Position numbers and translations under genes: made by a program. This document shows positions 39,594 through 48,586 of a DNA stretch of 55,678 nucleotides, piece by piece. The notes under the pieces were generated by a model. That model made no database searches and was not told where the DNA came from. It saw only the letters and a program-made list of their open reading frames with translations. Every line of letters begins with the position of its first letter. Positions within the stretch are counted from its first letter, which is position 1. The stretch is taken from positions 1-55,678 of the forward strand of contig CAJWCD010000005.1 in assembly GCA_913020725.1 (NCBI GenBank), in the 5' to 3' direction. The stretch comes from an uncultured Pseudomonadota bacterium (GTDB lineage: Bacteria; SAR324; NAC60-12).

Positions 39594-41324
39594 ATGTCCG
39601 ACTACCACCCTGTCGTTGAGATGCTTCAGTCCCGGAAGGCGATTGCCCCGGAACAGCTTGAGGCACTGCACGAGCAACTGCTCGCCGCCCGCGACGACAT
39701 GGCTCAACTCAAGGAACTGCTGTTGCGGCATAAGGTCGCCACGGAATCCGAATACCTCCACGCCCTCGCCGAGCATCTCGATCTTGACTTTCGGAAGAAC
39801 TTCGAGGACGTTCCGGTCAACCCGGAGTTCACACAACACATCCCGATCCGCTACGCCAAGCGCCTGAATTTCTTCCCCATCCAGCAAGTCGGCCAAACGC
39901 TTGAAGTCGCGCTGGATGATCCCTCCAACACCCAACCGCTCAACGACCTTGGGCGGCAGTATCAATGCCACGTCCAGCCTGTATTGGCCAGCCGTCAGGC
40001 GGTGCTGGACCTCATCAATCGCTCCTACGACCAGAGCAGTTCGTTCGCGGACAACACCGTTGAGCAGTTGGAAGGTGAGGAGGGCTTTGAGAACATCCTT
40101 GGTGTGGAGGAACCACAGGATTTGCTGGAAAATACTGATGAAGAACCGGTGAAACGGCTGGTCAACAACCTGCTTTGGCAGGCGACCAAGGAGGAGGCAA
40201 GTGATGTTCACATTGACCCCTCGCCATCCGCAACCCTCGTCCGCTATCGACTTGACGGCATACTGCATCCCGTCACGAGTTTTCCTAAGCAGGTCCATGT
40301 CACGGTGGTCAACCGGATCAAGGTCATGTCCCGGCTCGACATTGCCCAGAAGGCGTTGCCGCAAGACGGGCGCACGATGGTGCTAATCGCAGGGAAGCGA
40401 ATCGACATCCGGGTATCCACCATCCCGACGGTCCACGGCGAGAAGGTGGTGATGCGCTTGCTCTACCAAAGCGAGCAGTTTCTCTCCCTAGGTCAACTTG
40501 GATTAGTCGCTCCCGTTCTCAAACCCTTCCGGAAAATGCTCAAAAAGCCCGGCGGGATCATTCTCGTCACGGGTCCGACGGGAAGCGGCAAGACCACCAC
40601 GCTCTATGCCGCTCTCGCCGAAATTGACCACCAGATCCGGAATGTGGTGACGATCGAGGATCCGGTCGAGTACAAGATCACCGGTTACAGCCAAATCGAG
40701 ATCAATCAGCGTATCGGCCTCAGCTTTGCCAACGCCCTGCGTTCCGTGTTACGGCAGGATCCGGACGTGATCATGGTTGGGGAAATGCGGGACACCGAAA
40801 CCGCGCAGATTGCCATGCAGGCCGCACTCACGGGTCACCTTGTCTTCAGCACGATCCACACGAACAGCGCCGCCGCGACCATCACGCGGCTGATTGACAT
40901 GGGCATCGAGCCCTTTCTGATTTCTTCAACCATTCTTGGAGTGCTCGCTCAGCGACTGATCCGCCGGGTCTGCCCGCAGTGCCGCAAAAGCTACTCCCCA
41001 CATCCGGAACAAATCCGGGAATTGGGAGTCAGTGAGGATCGAGTCCGGAAAACTGGAGGGAGTTTCTTCACGGGTCAGGGTTGCGAGCATTGCCGGGAAA
41101 CGGGTTATCGCGGCAGGCTGGGGGTTCACGAACTGCTCGTCATGACCGACAAGGTGAAAGCCGCCGTCATGGAGTCAAGCGACGCAAATTTCATTCAGCG
41201 CTGCGCACTGAAAGATGGTATGATAACTTTGCGCAGGGATGGCACGAGCAAGGTCTTGCGGGGACTGACAACTCCAGAGGAGTTGCTGTCAATCACCGCA
41301 GATAACGAGCCAGGGGTTAACTGA
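39594..41324 (+). CDS. gspE: Type II secretion system ATPase GspE/PulE
   Basis: 'ASDVHI', 'LPQDGR', Walker A 'GPTGSGKTTT', 'LRQDPD', 'TGHLVFSTIH', CxxC...CxxC 'GYRGR'. Confidence 0.9.
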   Translation: MSDYHPVVEMLQSRKAIAPEQLEALHEQLLAARDDMAQLKELLLRHKVATESEYLHALAEHLDLDFRKNFEDVPVNPEFTQHIPIRYAKRLNFFPIQQVGQTLEVALDDPSNTQPLNDLGRQYQCHVQPVLASRQAVLDLINRSYDQSSSFADNTVEQLEGEEGFENILGVEEPQDLLENTDEEPVKRLVNNLLWQATKEEASDVHIDPSPSATLVRYRLDGILHPVTSFPKQVHVTVVNRIKVMSRLDIAQKALPQDGRTMVLIAGKRIDIRVSTIPTVHGEKVVMRLLYQSEQFLSLGQLGLVAPVLKPFRKMLKKPGGIILVTGPTGSGKTTTLYAALAEIDHQIRNVVTIEDPVEYKITGYSQIEINQRIGLSFANALRSVLRQDPDVIMVGEMRDTETAQIAMQAALTGHLVFSTIHTNSAAATITRLIDMGIEPFLISSTILGVLAQRLIRRVCPQCRKSYSPHPEQIRELGVSEDRVRKTGGSFFTGQGCEHCRETGYRGRLGVHELLVMTDKVKAAVMESSDANFIQRCALKDGMITLRRDGTSKVLRGLTTPEELLSITADNEPGVN

Positions 41325-41358
41325 GTTTTTTCTCAACCTCACTTCTCAACACAGGATT

Positions 41359-42948
41359 ATGTCTCAAGCAGCATTCACCCTTGACGCCTATGGCATCACC
41401 CCCCAAATCCTCATCCGTAACGCCGTTCCCGCAAAGCTCTACGCCGAGGCGCTGCGCTACGAACCCGATGCCGCTATTTCGGACCAAGGCGCACTGATCG
41501 TCAAGTCCTACGCGAAGACGGGACGCAGCCCCAAAGACAAGCGTATCGTCGAGGGTGAGGCCAGCAAATCGGACATCTGGTGGGGCGACATCAACATCCC
41601 GCTGGATGATCATACCTTCCTGATCAACCGCACCCGCGCCATCGACTACCTCAACTTGCAGGAGCGGGTTTATGTGGTGGACGGTTTTGCAGGCTGGGAC
41701 CCGCGCTACCGCCTCAAGGTCCGGGTGATCACCACGCGGCCCTACCACGCGCTTTTCATGCACAACATGCTGATGCGCCCCAGTCCTGCGGAACTGTCTG
41801 ATTTCAGTGATCCAGATTATGTGATCTTCAACGCAGGACGCTTCCCGGCGAACCGCATGACCTCCCGCATGACTTCCTCCACTAGTGTTGATCTCAGCTT
41901 CGAGCGCCGCGAGTTTGTTATCCTCGGCACTGAATACGCGGGTGAGATGAAGAAGGGGGTCTTCTCGATCATGAACTACATCATGCCCAAGCAGGGCATC
42001 CTTTCGATGCACAGTTCCGCGAATTTGGGAGACGAGGGTGATGTCGCGCTTTTCTTTGGACTCTCCGGAACCGGCAAGACCACGCTTTCCGCTGATCCCA
42101 AGCGCAAACTTATCGGCGACGACGAACACTGCTGGACGGACGAAGGGGTTTTCAACATCGAAGGCGGCTGCTACGCGAAGTGCATCAACCTCTCCGAGGA
42201 AAAGGAGCCGGACATCTTCCGGGCGATTCGCTTTGGGACAGTGCTGGAAAATGTCGTCTATGACGAGGACACCCACGTGGTTGATTACGATGACACCTCT
42301 CTCACGGAAAACACCCGCGCCTCCTACCCCATTGATTTCATCCCGAATGCAGAAATCCCCTGTGTCGGCGGGCATCCGCAGAACATCCTTTTTCTGACCT
42401 GTGACGCTTTTGGAGTTTTGCCGCCAGTGAGCAGACTCTCTCCCTCACAGGCGATGTACCACTTCATCAGCGGCTACACTGCCAAGGTCGCCGGAACCGA
42501 GATGGGCGTGACCGAGCCGCAGGCGACCTTCTCCGCGTGCTTTGGCGCAGCGTTTATGGTCTGGCACCCCAGCAAATACGCGGAACTGCTCGCCGAGCGC
42601 ATCCGCCAGCACGGCTCCACCGTCTGGCTGGTCAACACCGGCTGGAGCGGCGGGGGTTACGGCACGGGAAAGCGTATGTCACTCAAGCACACTCGCGCCA
42701 TCGTTGATGCCATCTTGGATGGCTCGCTCAAGGACACGAATACCACCCGTGATCCCCTCTTTGGGTTTGAGGTGCCTACCGCGTGTCCCGGAGTGCCAAG
42801 CAAAATTCTTCAGCCGCGCGCAGTCTGGGCCGATTCCGCTGCCTACGACAAGTCTGCACGGAAACTAGCAGGCATGTTCCAGAAGAACTTCCGGAAATTC
42901 GAGGAGGGTTCGAGCCGGGAGACCATTGACGCCGGACCCGCTCTTTAA
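41359..42948 (+). CDS. pckA: Phosphoenolpyruvate carboxykinase (ATP)
   Basis: 'TGRSPKDK', 'YAGEMKK', 'FFGLSGTGKTT', 'LIGDDEHCW', 'FNIEGGCYAK'. Confidence 0.97.
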   Translation: MSQAAFTLDAYGITPQILIRNAVPAKLYAEALRYEPDAAISDQGALIVKSYAKTGRSPKDKRIVEGEASKSDIWWGDINIPLDDHTFLINRTRAIDYLNLQERVYVVDGFAGWDPRYRLKVRVITTRPYHALFMHNMLMRPSPAELSDFSDPDYVIFNAGRFPANRMTSRMTSSTSVDLSFERREFVILGTEYAGEMKKGVFSIMNYIMPKQGILSMHSSANLGDEGDVALFFGLSGTGKTTLSADPKRKLIGDDEHCWTDEGVFNIEGGCYAKCINLSEEKEPDIFRAIRFGTVLENVVYDEDTHVVDYDDTSLTENTRASYPIDFIPNAEIPCVGGHPQNILFLTCDAFGVLPPVSRLSPSQAMYHFISGYTAKVAGTEMGVTEPQATFSACFGAAFMVWHPSKYAELLAERIRQHGSTVWLVNTGWSGGGYGTGKRMSLKHTRAIVDAILDGSLKDTNTTRDPLFGFEVPTACPGVPSKILQPRAVWADSAAYDKSARKLAGMFQKNFRKFEEGSSRETIDAGPAL

Positions 42949-42974
42949 CTCCGCCTGACGAAATCCTCTCCACC

Positions 42975-45716
42975 ATGGCCATCCCGCAGGTGGACACCCC
43001 AATGATGCAGCAGTTCAACGCCGTCAAGCGGGAGCATCCGGACAAACTCGTCTTCTTCCGCATGGGGGATTTCTACGAGATGTTCGGCGAGGATGCCGTG
43101 GTGGGAGCGCGGGTGCTACAAATCGCACTCACCTCGCGGGACAAGCGCAGCGAACATGCAGTGCCCATGTGCGGGGTGCCCTACAAGGCTTACGAGCAGT
43201 ACCTCAACAAGCTCACCGCTGCTGGCTACAAGGTCGCGCTCTGCGACCAGACCGAGGATGCGGCGGAGGCCAAGGGGCTGGTGACACGGGAGGTGGTGCG
43301 CATCGTCACCCCTGGAACCACCGTCTCCCCGCAGCTCATTGACCCCGACCGCAACCACTACCTGCTCGCGCTCACGATCGACCTGCGGGCGCGGCGGCTC
43401 GGAGCCGCGTTTGCAGACCTCTCGACCGGAGAGTTCGAGATCGCCGAGTTCGCGCAGGACGAACTCCCGAAGCTCTACGACTTCCTCGCTCAACTCGACC
43501 CGCAGGAAATCCTGCTCGCGCAAAGCCGTTCCGCAGCGGAAACCGCGTTTCTCGAACCCCTCACCCAGCGGGTTTCGCAACTGCTTGCCCCCCATGACCT
43601 TTCCCTGCTCAACGGTCACGAAACCGAACACCCCCCCTCGCAACGCTTCCAATTCGTCGATCCCTACCTCTTTGATCAGGACGCCGCCCGGAAGTGCTTG
43701 CAAACGCATTTTCAGACGCACAACCTCGCAGGTTTCGGGATCGAGCCTCTTACACTCGGAACCGCCGCCGCTGGTGGTTTGCTTGCTTATCTGAAAGAAA
43801 CTCAGAAGTGCAGCCTTGCCCACTTCACCTCGGTCAAGCCGTATGTCTTTGAGCAGACGATGCTGCTCGACGAGGCGACCGTCCGGAACTTGGAACTCTT
43901 TGAAACGCAGTCCGGCAACAAGCGCCACACGCTCTTTGCGGTACTGAACCACACCTGCACCCCGATGGGAGCCAGATTGCTGCGGCAGTGGATCCGGACT
44001 CCCCTGCTGGGTGTGGAGGCACTGAACGCCCGGCTGGGTGCGGTGGAGGAATTCGCATCGCAGCTCCTGCTCTGCGGAGAACTGCAAACCCGGCTCAAGG
44101 GGGTGCAGGATTTGCCGCGCATCCTTGGGCGCATCAACCTGTCCGTGGTGGAGGTTCCGGACCTCGTAGGGTTGCGGGAATCGCTGACACACCTACAAAC
44201 CCTGCCGGACTTGCTGGCCAAATTGCAGTGTGCCAAGCTGCGCTCGTTGGCCGAGGACTTCGATCCGCTGCCAGACCTGCTTGCGCTCCTGCAAACCAAG
44301 CTGCTGGAAACCCCCTCTGCAAAGCTCCGGGAGGGCGGCTACATTGGCGAAGGTGTTTCTACAGAACTGGACGAACTGCGCGACCTCGCCCACAACTCAA
44401 AGCAGGTGCTCAACGAAGTGCTGCTGCGCGAGCGCGAGCGCACAGGTATCCCTTCCCTCAAAATTAGCTACAACAAGATCTTCGGCTACTACCTCGAAGC
44501 CAGCAACGCCCACAAGGCTTCGGTTCCGGAGGACTACATCCGCAAGCAAACGCTGGTCAATGCCGAGCGCTACATCACCCCGGAACTCAAAGAGTTCGAG
44601 GAGAAAATCCTCACGGCAGAAGAACGTATCGGAGAACTGGAATACAAGCTTTTCCTGACGCTCAAATCCGAGGTCATTGCCGAAACCCCCCGGATTCAGG
44701 CCAGCGCTCGACTCGTCGCTGAGCTAGACGTGCTTTCCGGACTCGCCACTGCCGCTGAGCACCAAGGCTATGTCCGTCCCACGCTCCACACACTCGACGC
44801 CCCCCGCATTTTGCAACTCAAGGGGAGCCGCCATCCGGTGATCGAGCGCATTGACCTCGGCGAACCGTTTGTTCCCAACGATTTGGAATTGGACGAGAAT
44901 TCCCGTCGGATCATGCTCATCACCGGACCCAACATGGCTGGGAAATCAACGTACATGCGTCAGGTTGCGCTCAACGTACTGATGGCACAGATCGGCAGTT
45001 TTGTGCCTGCGGACTCGGCGGAGTTGTCGCTGTCGGATCGCATTTTCACACGGGTGGGGGCCTCGGATAATCTGAGTTTGGGGCAAAGCACCTTCATGCT
45101 GGAGATGAACGAGGCGGCGGCGATCCTTCACAACGCCACTGAGCGTAGTCTCGTGATCCTTGACGAAATTGGGCGTGGCACCAGCACCTTTGACGGCATC
45201 AGCATCGCGTGGGCGATTGTGGAACACCTCCACCAGCTTGGGGCGCTCACGCTCTGCGCAACGCACTATCACGAATTGACCGCACTGGCCAAGGAACTCA
45301 ACAGCGTCGAAAATTTCAGCGTCAGCATCCACGAGGAGAGCGAGCAGTTAGTGTTCATGCGCAAGGTTGTGCCGGGTGAAGCCGACCGCAGCTACGGCGT
45401 GCAAGTTGCAAAGTTAGCGGGGTTGCCGCGTTCTGTGGTTGAACGGGCACGGGCAGTGATGACCGAACTGGAGGCGTCCTCGGTCGCGCATCGGGTTCCG
45501 GAATTGGCCGCTACACTAGCGAAAACGGCAAGTTCTCCACTAGTTTCGGAAGCCGTGGTGCGCGATCCTGGAATTGTCCCTGTGAGTCCACAGTTGTCGC
45601 TGTTTCCAGAGGAACATCCACTGCTGTCAGCACTGCGCAGACTCGACCCCAATCAACTGACTCCCATGCAGGCGTTGACGCTGTTGCATGATTTTATCAC
45701 TCAAGCCAAGGGATAA
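42975..45716 (+). CDS. mutS: DNA mismatch repair protein MutS
   Basis: 'TPMMQQ', 'RMGDFYEMF', 'TGPNMAGKST', 'STFM.EM', 'DEIGRGTST', 'THYHEL'. Confidence 0.97.
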   Translation: MAIPQVDTPMMQQFNAVKREHPDKLVFFRMGDFYEMFGEDAVVGARVLQIALTSRDKRSEHAVPMCGVPYKAYEQYLNKLTAAGYKVALCDQTEDAAEAKGLVTREVVRIVTPGTTVSPQLIDPDRNHYLLALTIDLRARRLGAAFADLSTGEFEIAEFAQDELPKLYDFLAQLDPQEILLAQSRSAAETAFLEPLTQRVSQLLAPHDLSLLNGHETEHPPSQRFQFVDPYLFDQDAARKCLQTHFQTHNLAGFGIEPLTLGTAAAGGLLAYLKETQKCSLAHFTSVKPYVFEQTMLLDEATVRNLELFETQSGNKRHTLFAVLNHTCTPMGARLLRQWIRTPLLGVEALNARLGAVEEFASQLLLCGELQTRLKGVQDLPRILGRINLSVVEVPDLVGLRESLTHLQTLPDLLAKLQCAKLRSLAEDFDPLPDLLALLQTKLLETPSAKLREGGYIGEGVSTELDELRDLAHNSKQVLNEVLLRERERTGIPSLKISYNKIFGYYLEASNAHKASVPEDYIRKQTLVNAERYITPELKEFEEKILTAEERIGELEYKLFLTLKSEVIAETPRIQASARLVAELDVLSGLATAAEHQGYVRPTLHTLDAPRILQLKGSRHPVIERIDLGEPFVPNDLELDENSRRIMLITGPNMAGKSTYMRQVALNVLMAQIGSFVPADSAELSLSDRIFTRVGASDNLSLGQSTFMLEMNEAAAILHNATERSLVILDEIGRGTSTFDGISIAWAIVEHLHQLGALTLCATHYHELTALAKELNSVENFSVSIHEESEQLVFMRKVVPGEADRSYGVQVAKLAGLPRSVVERARAVMTELEASSVAHRVPELAATLAKTASSPLVSEAVVRDPGIVPVSPQLSLFPEEHPLLSALRRLDPNQLTPMQALTLLHDFITQAKG

Positions 45717-45719
45717 CCC

Positions 45720-46223
45720 ATGTCCCAATCCCGCATTGCCGTTTACCCCACCAGTGCCAACCCGCCAACCCTTGGACACGCGGACATTGTTTGCCGCGTG
45801 AGCCGTCAGTTTGACCATGTTTTTTGGGCGGCGGCGGTTAACCCGAAGAAGCAGTACCTCTTCACACAGGAGGAGCGCTTGGCGATGATGATGGAGTATA
45901 TCCGGCACCACGGACTGGAGAATGTCACTGTGGAAACCTTTTCTGGAGCAACGGTGCGCTACGCCCAAAAGTGTGAGGCCACTGCACTCGTCAAGGGCTT
46001 GCGCAATCCCGATGATTTTCAGGCCGAGTACCAGCAGGCACTCGGCAATCTTGGTATTGATGCCACCATTGAGACCTTTTGCCTCTTTGGACGCCCGGAG
46101 TACTATGGAGTCAGTTCCTCGTTGGCGCGGGAATTGGCCTTGCTCGGTGAGAACATTGGGGGGTTTGTGCTGCCGTCCGTGGCCGAGATGGTGGTCAACC
46201 TGCTGCGCGAACGAGGAGCCTGA
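45720..46223 (+). CDS. coaD: Phosphopantetheine adenylyltransferase
   Basis: 'YP....PPTLGHADI', 'NPKK', 'KGLR..DDFQAE', 'VSSS'. Confidence 0.9.
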   Translation: MSQSRIAVYPTSANPPTLGHADIVCRVSRQFDHVFWAAAVNPKKQYLFTQEERLAMMMEYIRHHGLENVTVETFSGATVRYAQKCEATALVKGLRNPDDFQAEYQQALGNLGIDATIETFCLFGRPEYYGVSSSLARELALLGENIGGFVLPSVAEMVVNLLRERGA

Positions 46224-46225
46224 CC

Positions 46226-46993
46226 ATGCCCCTAGTGGATGCCGTCAACGAAATTGACTGGCACAACGGGCCACGCTCGATTCCCCTGCTGGAACCAACG
46301 GCTTGGGGCTACACAACCCTCGGCGTTCTGCTTGCGGTTTCGGTCTTGACCTCGCACCTCCACGATCCCACTCTTTTCAACCAACTCTCACCCTCCGGAG
46401 GCGTCCACAACGCCCTCGGTGTGGGCGGAGCTTTGATCGGCGGAACCCTTGTCGAACTGTTTGGAAGCAGTGCGGTGTTGCTTGCGTGGCTTGTGGCACG
46501 TCTGCCTTTTTTAAATAGAATGGCCGCCGGAAACCTCAAGGCCGGAGTGATCCGGAAAGTCTACTATGCCATACTGTTGACATGGATGGTGGCGGTGCTG
46601 GCGGAACTCGTGCAAGCTCGACACGCACCCGAGTTCGACAGCGACTGGCTGTGGTACCACCACGGCTATTTGGGCGAGATCACCGCCTATTGGCTGGGAC
46701 ATGCCACCGGCCCCATTGTCGGCATCGGTCTGTGCCTCGCAGTCGCCATGTTCGCGGCCTTCCGGATCATCACAGCCCTCACCCCTTGGCCCCTCATCCT
46801 GATCCTGTTCCAAATCATCAAGTTGCTGCTGCACCTGCTGCTGGCCCCCTTGGGCGCTGCTAGCTTCTTCCTGCACGCCCCGCGAACCTCAACTCGCACC
46901 CTGCCCGCCCTGCACCTCCCGCCTGACCCCTCTCGCTCCACGCTGGAAACCAAATTCACACCGTCGTCCATTCCGACTCCGTTTGAGAAATAA
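46226..46993 (+). CDS. Membrane protein resembling a stand-alone FtsK 4TM region
   Basis: 'S..HDPT.......VHNALGVGGALIGGTLVELFG', 'GYLG'; several TMs; no ATPase domain. Confidence 0.55.
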   Translation: MPLVDAVNEIDWHNGPRSIPLLEPTAWGYTTLGVLLAVSVLTSHLHDPTLFNQLSPSGGVHNALGVGGALIGGTLVELFGSSAVLLAWLVARLPFLNRMAAGNLKAGVIRKVYYAILLTWMVAVLAELVQARHAPEFDSDWLWYHHGYLGEITAYWLGHATGPIVGIGLCLAVAMFAAFRIITALTPWPLILILFQIIKLLLHLLLAPLGAASFFLHAPRTSTRTLPALHLPPDPSRSTLETKFTPSSIPTPFEK

Positions 46994-47226
46994 TTTCTCT
47001 TGAAGATATTGCCATAAGCAATATGAATGGGAGCGCTTTTTCTTGGGATGATCGGAAAGCCTGAGAAAACCAGTATTTCAAAGCCCTAGCCCAAGAGACG
47101 GGGATTCCTTACCAGAACCTGATCAACCTCTACCTCATCGAGTGTGCCTATTCCGGCAAGAAGCTCACCCTGCAATGGGCTTCTTGAAGTTCGGATACAC
47201 AACTCATCCATTCCGACTCCGCTTGA
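46967..47226. repeat. 20-bp direct repeats flanking a 220-bp insert
   Basis: TCCATTCCGACTCCG(T/C)TTGA at 46967-46986 and 47207-47226, one mismatch, 240 bp apart. Confidence 0.85.
47023..47187 (+). pseudogene. BrnT toxin N-terminus fused by deletion to BrnA/CopG-like antitoxin C-terminus
   Basis: One frame reads MNGSAFSWDDRKA*EN-QYFKALAQETGIPYQNLINLYLIECAYSGKKLTLQWAS*. Confidence 0.7.
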
Positions 47227-47293
47227 TTCTGGACGGCATTCCGCTTAGGTTGGTTTCCGAAGTCTCATCACCAACCCAAAATAGGAGTGTGCA

Positions 47294-47515
47294 ATGCAGG
47301 TGAAGATTGAATACTGCGTGGTTTGAAACTACGAGCCACGCGCAGCCGGTCTGGCTGCGGAACTCAAGCAGGCGTTCGGGGCAGACACCGAACTCATCCC
47401 CGGAGGGCGTGGGGATTTTGACGTGACCGTGGATGGAAGCGTGATTTTCTCAAAGAAGCAATTGGATCGCTTCCCGGAGGAGGGGGAGGTGCAAGCGTCG
47501 ATTCGTAACGCCTGA
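47294..47515 (+). CDS. SelW/SelT/SelH (Rdx family) selenoprotein, 73 aa, CxxU
   Basis: AGGAG RBS; MQVKIEYCVV-U(TGA 47324)-NYEPRAAGLAAELKQAFG...LIPGGRGDFDVTVDG..IFSKKQLDRFP; SECIS hairpin downstream. Confidence 0.93.
47341..47359 (+). promoter_or_regulatory. Bacterial SECIS element (apical hairpin)
   Basis: CGCAGCC-GGTCT-GGCTGCG: 7-bp stem with G-first loop starting 22 nt after the in-frame UGA. Confidence 0.88.
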
Positions 47516-47545
47516 CAGAGAACCCTCCGGACGGTCAGGAGTGCT

Positions 47546-47764
47546 TCAATAGTCGGCTTTGATGGCCGCTCGCACTTCGCGCTTGATGTCCTTGTTGCGC
47601 TGCTTGGCAGCGTTCTCCCGCTTGAGGCGCAAGGCGCGCGAGGGCTTCAGGTAGAATTTGCGCTTCTTGAGCTCCTTGAAGATACCTTCGCGGATGAGGG
47701 TACGCTTGAGTTGCATCATGGACTTGCCAATGTTGCTGTCTCGGACTTCGATCGTAATGGGCAT
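47546..47764 (-). CDS. rpsU: 30S ribosomal protein S21
   Basis: 'IEVRD...LKR...EGIFKELKKRKFYLKPS', basic, 72 aa. Confidence 0.9.
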   Translation of the reverse strand: MPITIEVRDSNIGKSMMQLKRTLIREGIFKELKKRKFYLKPSRALRLKRENAAKQRNKDIKREVRAAIKADY

Positions 47765-47838
47765 ATGATTCGTGGTTCCGGGTCTGAGGTTAAAACTAAA
47801 ACTATTCATTTTTAAACCACTGTCCGCAAAAAATCAAC

Positions 47839-48555
47839 CTATTTCTTTCCCTCACCCTCAGAATCTCCCTCCGGGCTGGGCAAGGCGGCTCGTTTTTTCA
47901 GTTCCAATAGTTCGGTGTCCAAATCCGGATCCGAGTCTTCAAGTTCGGCAAAACTGCGCTCCAGCGCGTCCTTGTCCGTGTCCATGCTGATTTCCTGATA
48001 TGCCTCAGCGCGGGACTGCTGATCCTCAATCTTGTCCTCCATGCGTTCGATGGTCTCCAGTGCCCCCGTCGAATCCCCAAAGCCTTCGATCGTCTGATAA
48101 ATCTTTTCCTGCGCTGCCGCCTGCTTCTGTTTGGCAAGCAGGAGTCCCTTCTTGCGCTTGATCTCGTCGATCTTGTCTTCAAGCTTCTGGTAGCCGTCGC
48201 GCAACACATCCGCGTTCTGCTTGTGGTGGGCCAACTGCTTTTCAAACTCCAGTGCCCGCCGTTCGAACTCCTTCTTGCGGACCAGAGCTTCTTTGGCGAG
48301 ATCGTCCTTACCGTTTTGCACGGCGAGAATGGCTTTCTGCTCCCACTTCCCGGCTTCGGCTTGTTCCTTCTCGGTGTCGCGCTCTAGGCGTTTTTGCAGC
48401 GCGAGCGCTTCGGTCATTTGCTGCTTGGCCTGACGTTTTTGCTCATCTAAATCGGTGATCATCTGCTGGAGCATTTTTGCAGGATCCTCCGCTTTGTCCA
48501 GAAAGGAACTGCTGTAAGCCCGGATGACGTTGATGAAACGGCCAACGATGCCCAT
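47839..48555 (-). CDS. pspA: PspA/IM30 family protein
   Basis: 'MGIVGRF..VI', 'DKAEDP.KML.Q', 'DLAKEAL', coiled coil. Confidence 0.9.
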   Translation of the reverse strand: MGIVGRFINVIRAYSSSFLDKAEDPAKMLQQMITDLDEQKRQAKQQMTEALALQKRLERDTEKEQAEAGKWEQKAILAVQNGKDDLAKEALVRKKEFERRALEFEKQLAHHKQNADVLRDGYQKLEDKIDEIKRKKGLLLAKQKQAAAQEKIYQTIEGFGDSTGALETIERMEDKIEDQQSRAEAYQEISMDTDKDALERSFAELEDSDPDLDTELLELKKRAALPSPEGDSEGEGKK

Positions 48556-48586
48556 TTGATTTGCTGTGGTGAGGGTGGAAGAGAGT

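Noticed and set aside
39361-39666. N-terminal extensions given by the ORF track for ispB (and similarly for trmB, the ybfF-like gene and the aminotransferase)
   Set aside because: They overlap neighbouring genes and lack family similarity. Downstream starts fit better.
47062-47064. Second in-frame TGA ('KA*EN') as another selenocysteine codon
   Set aside because: It is not at a Cys/redox position, I saw no SECIS-like hairpin after it, and it lies in a deleted TA remnant. A nonsense mutation is the simpler reading.
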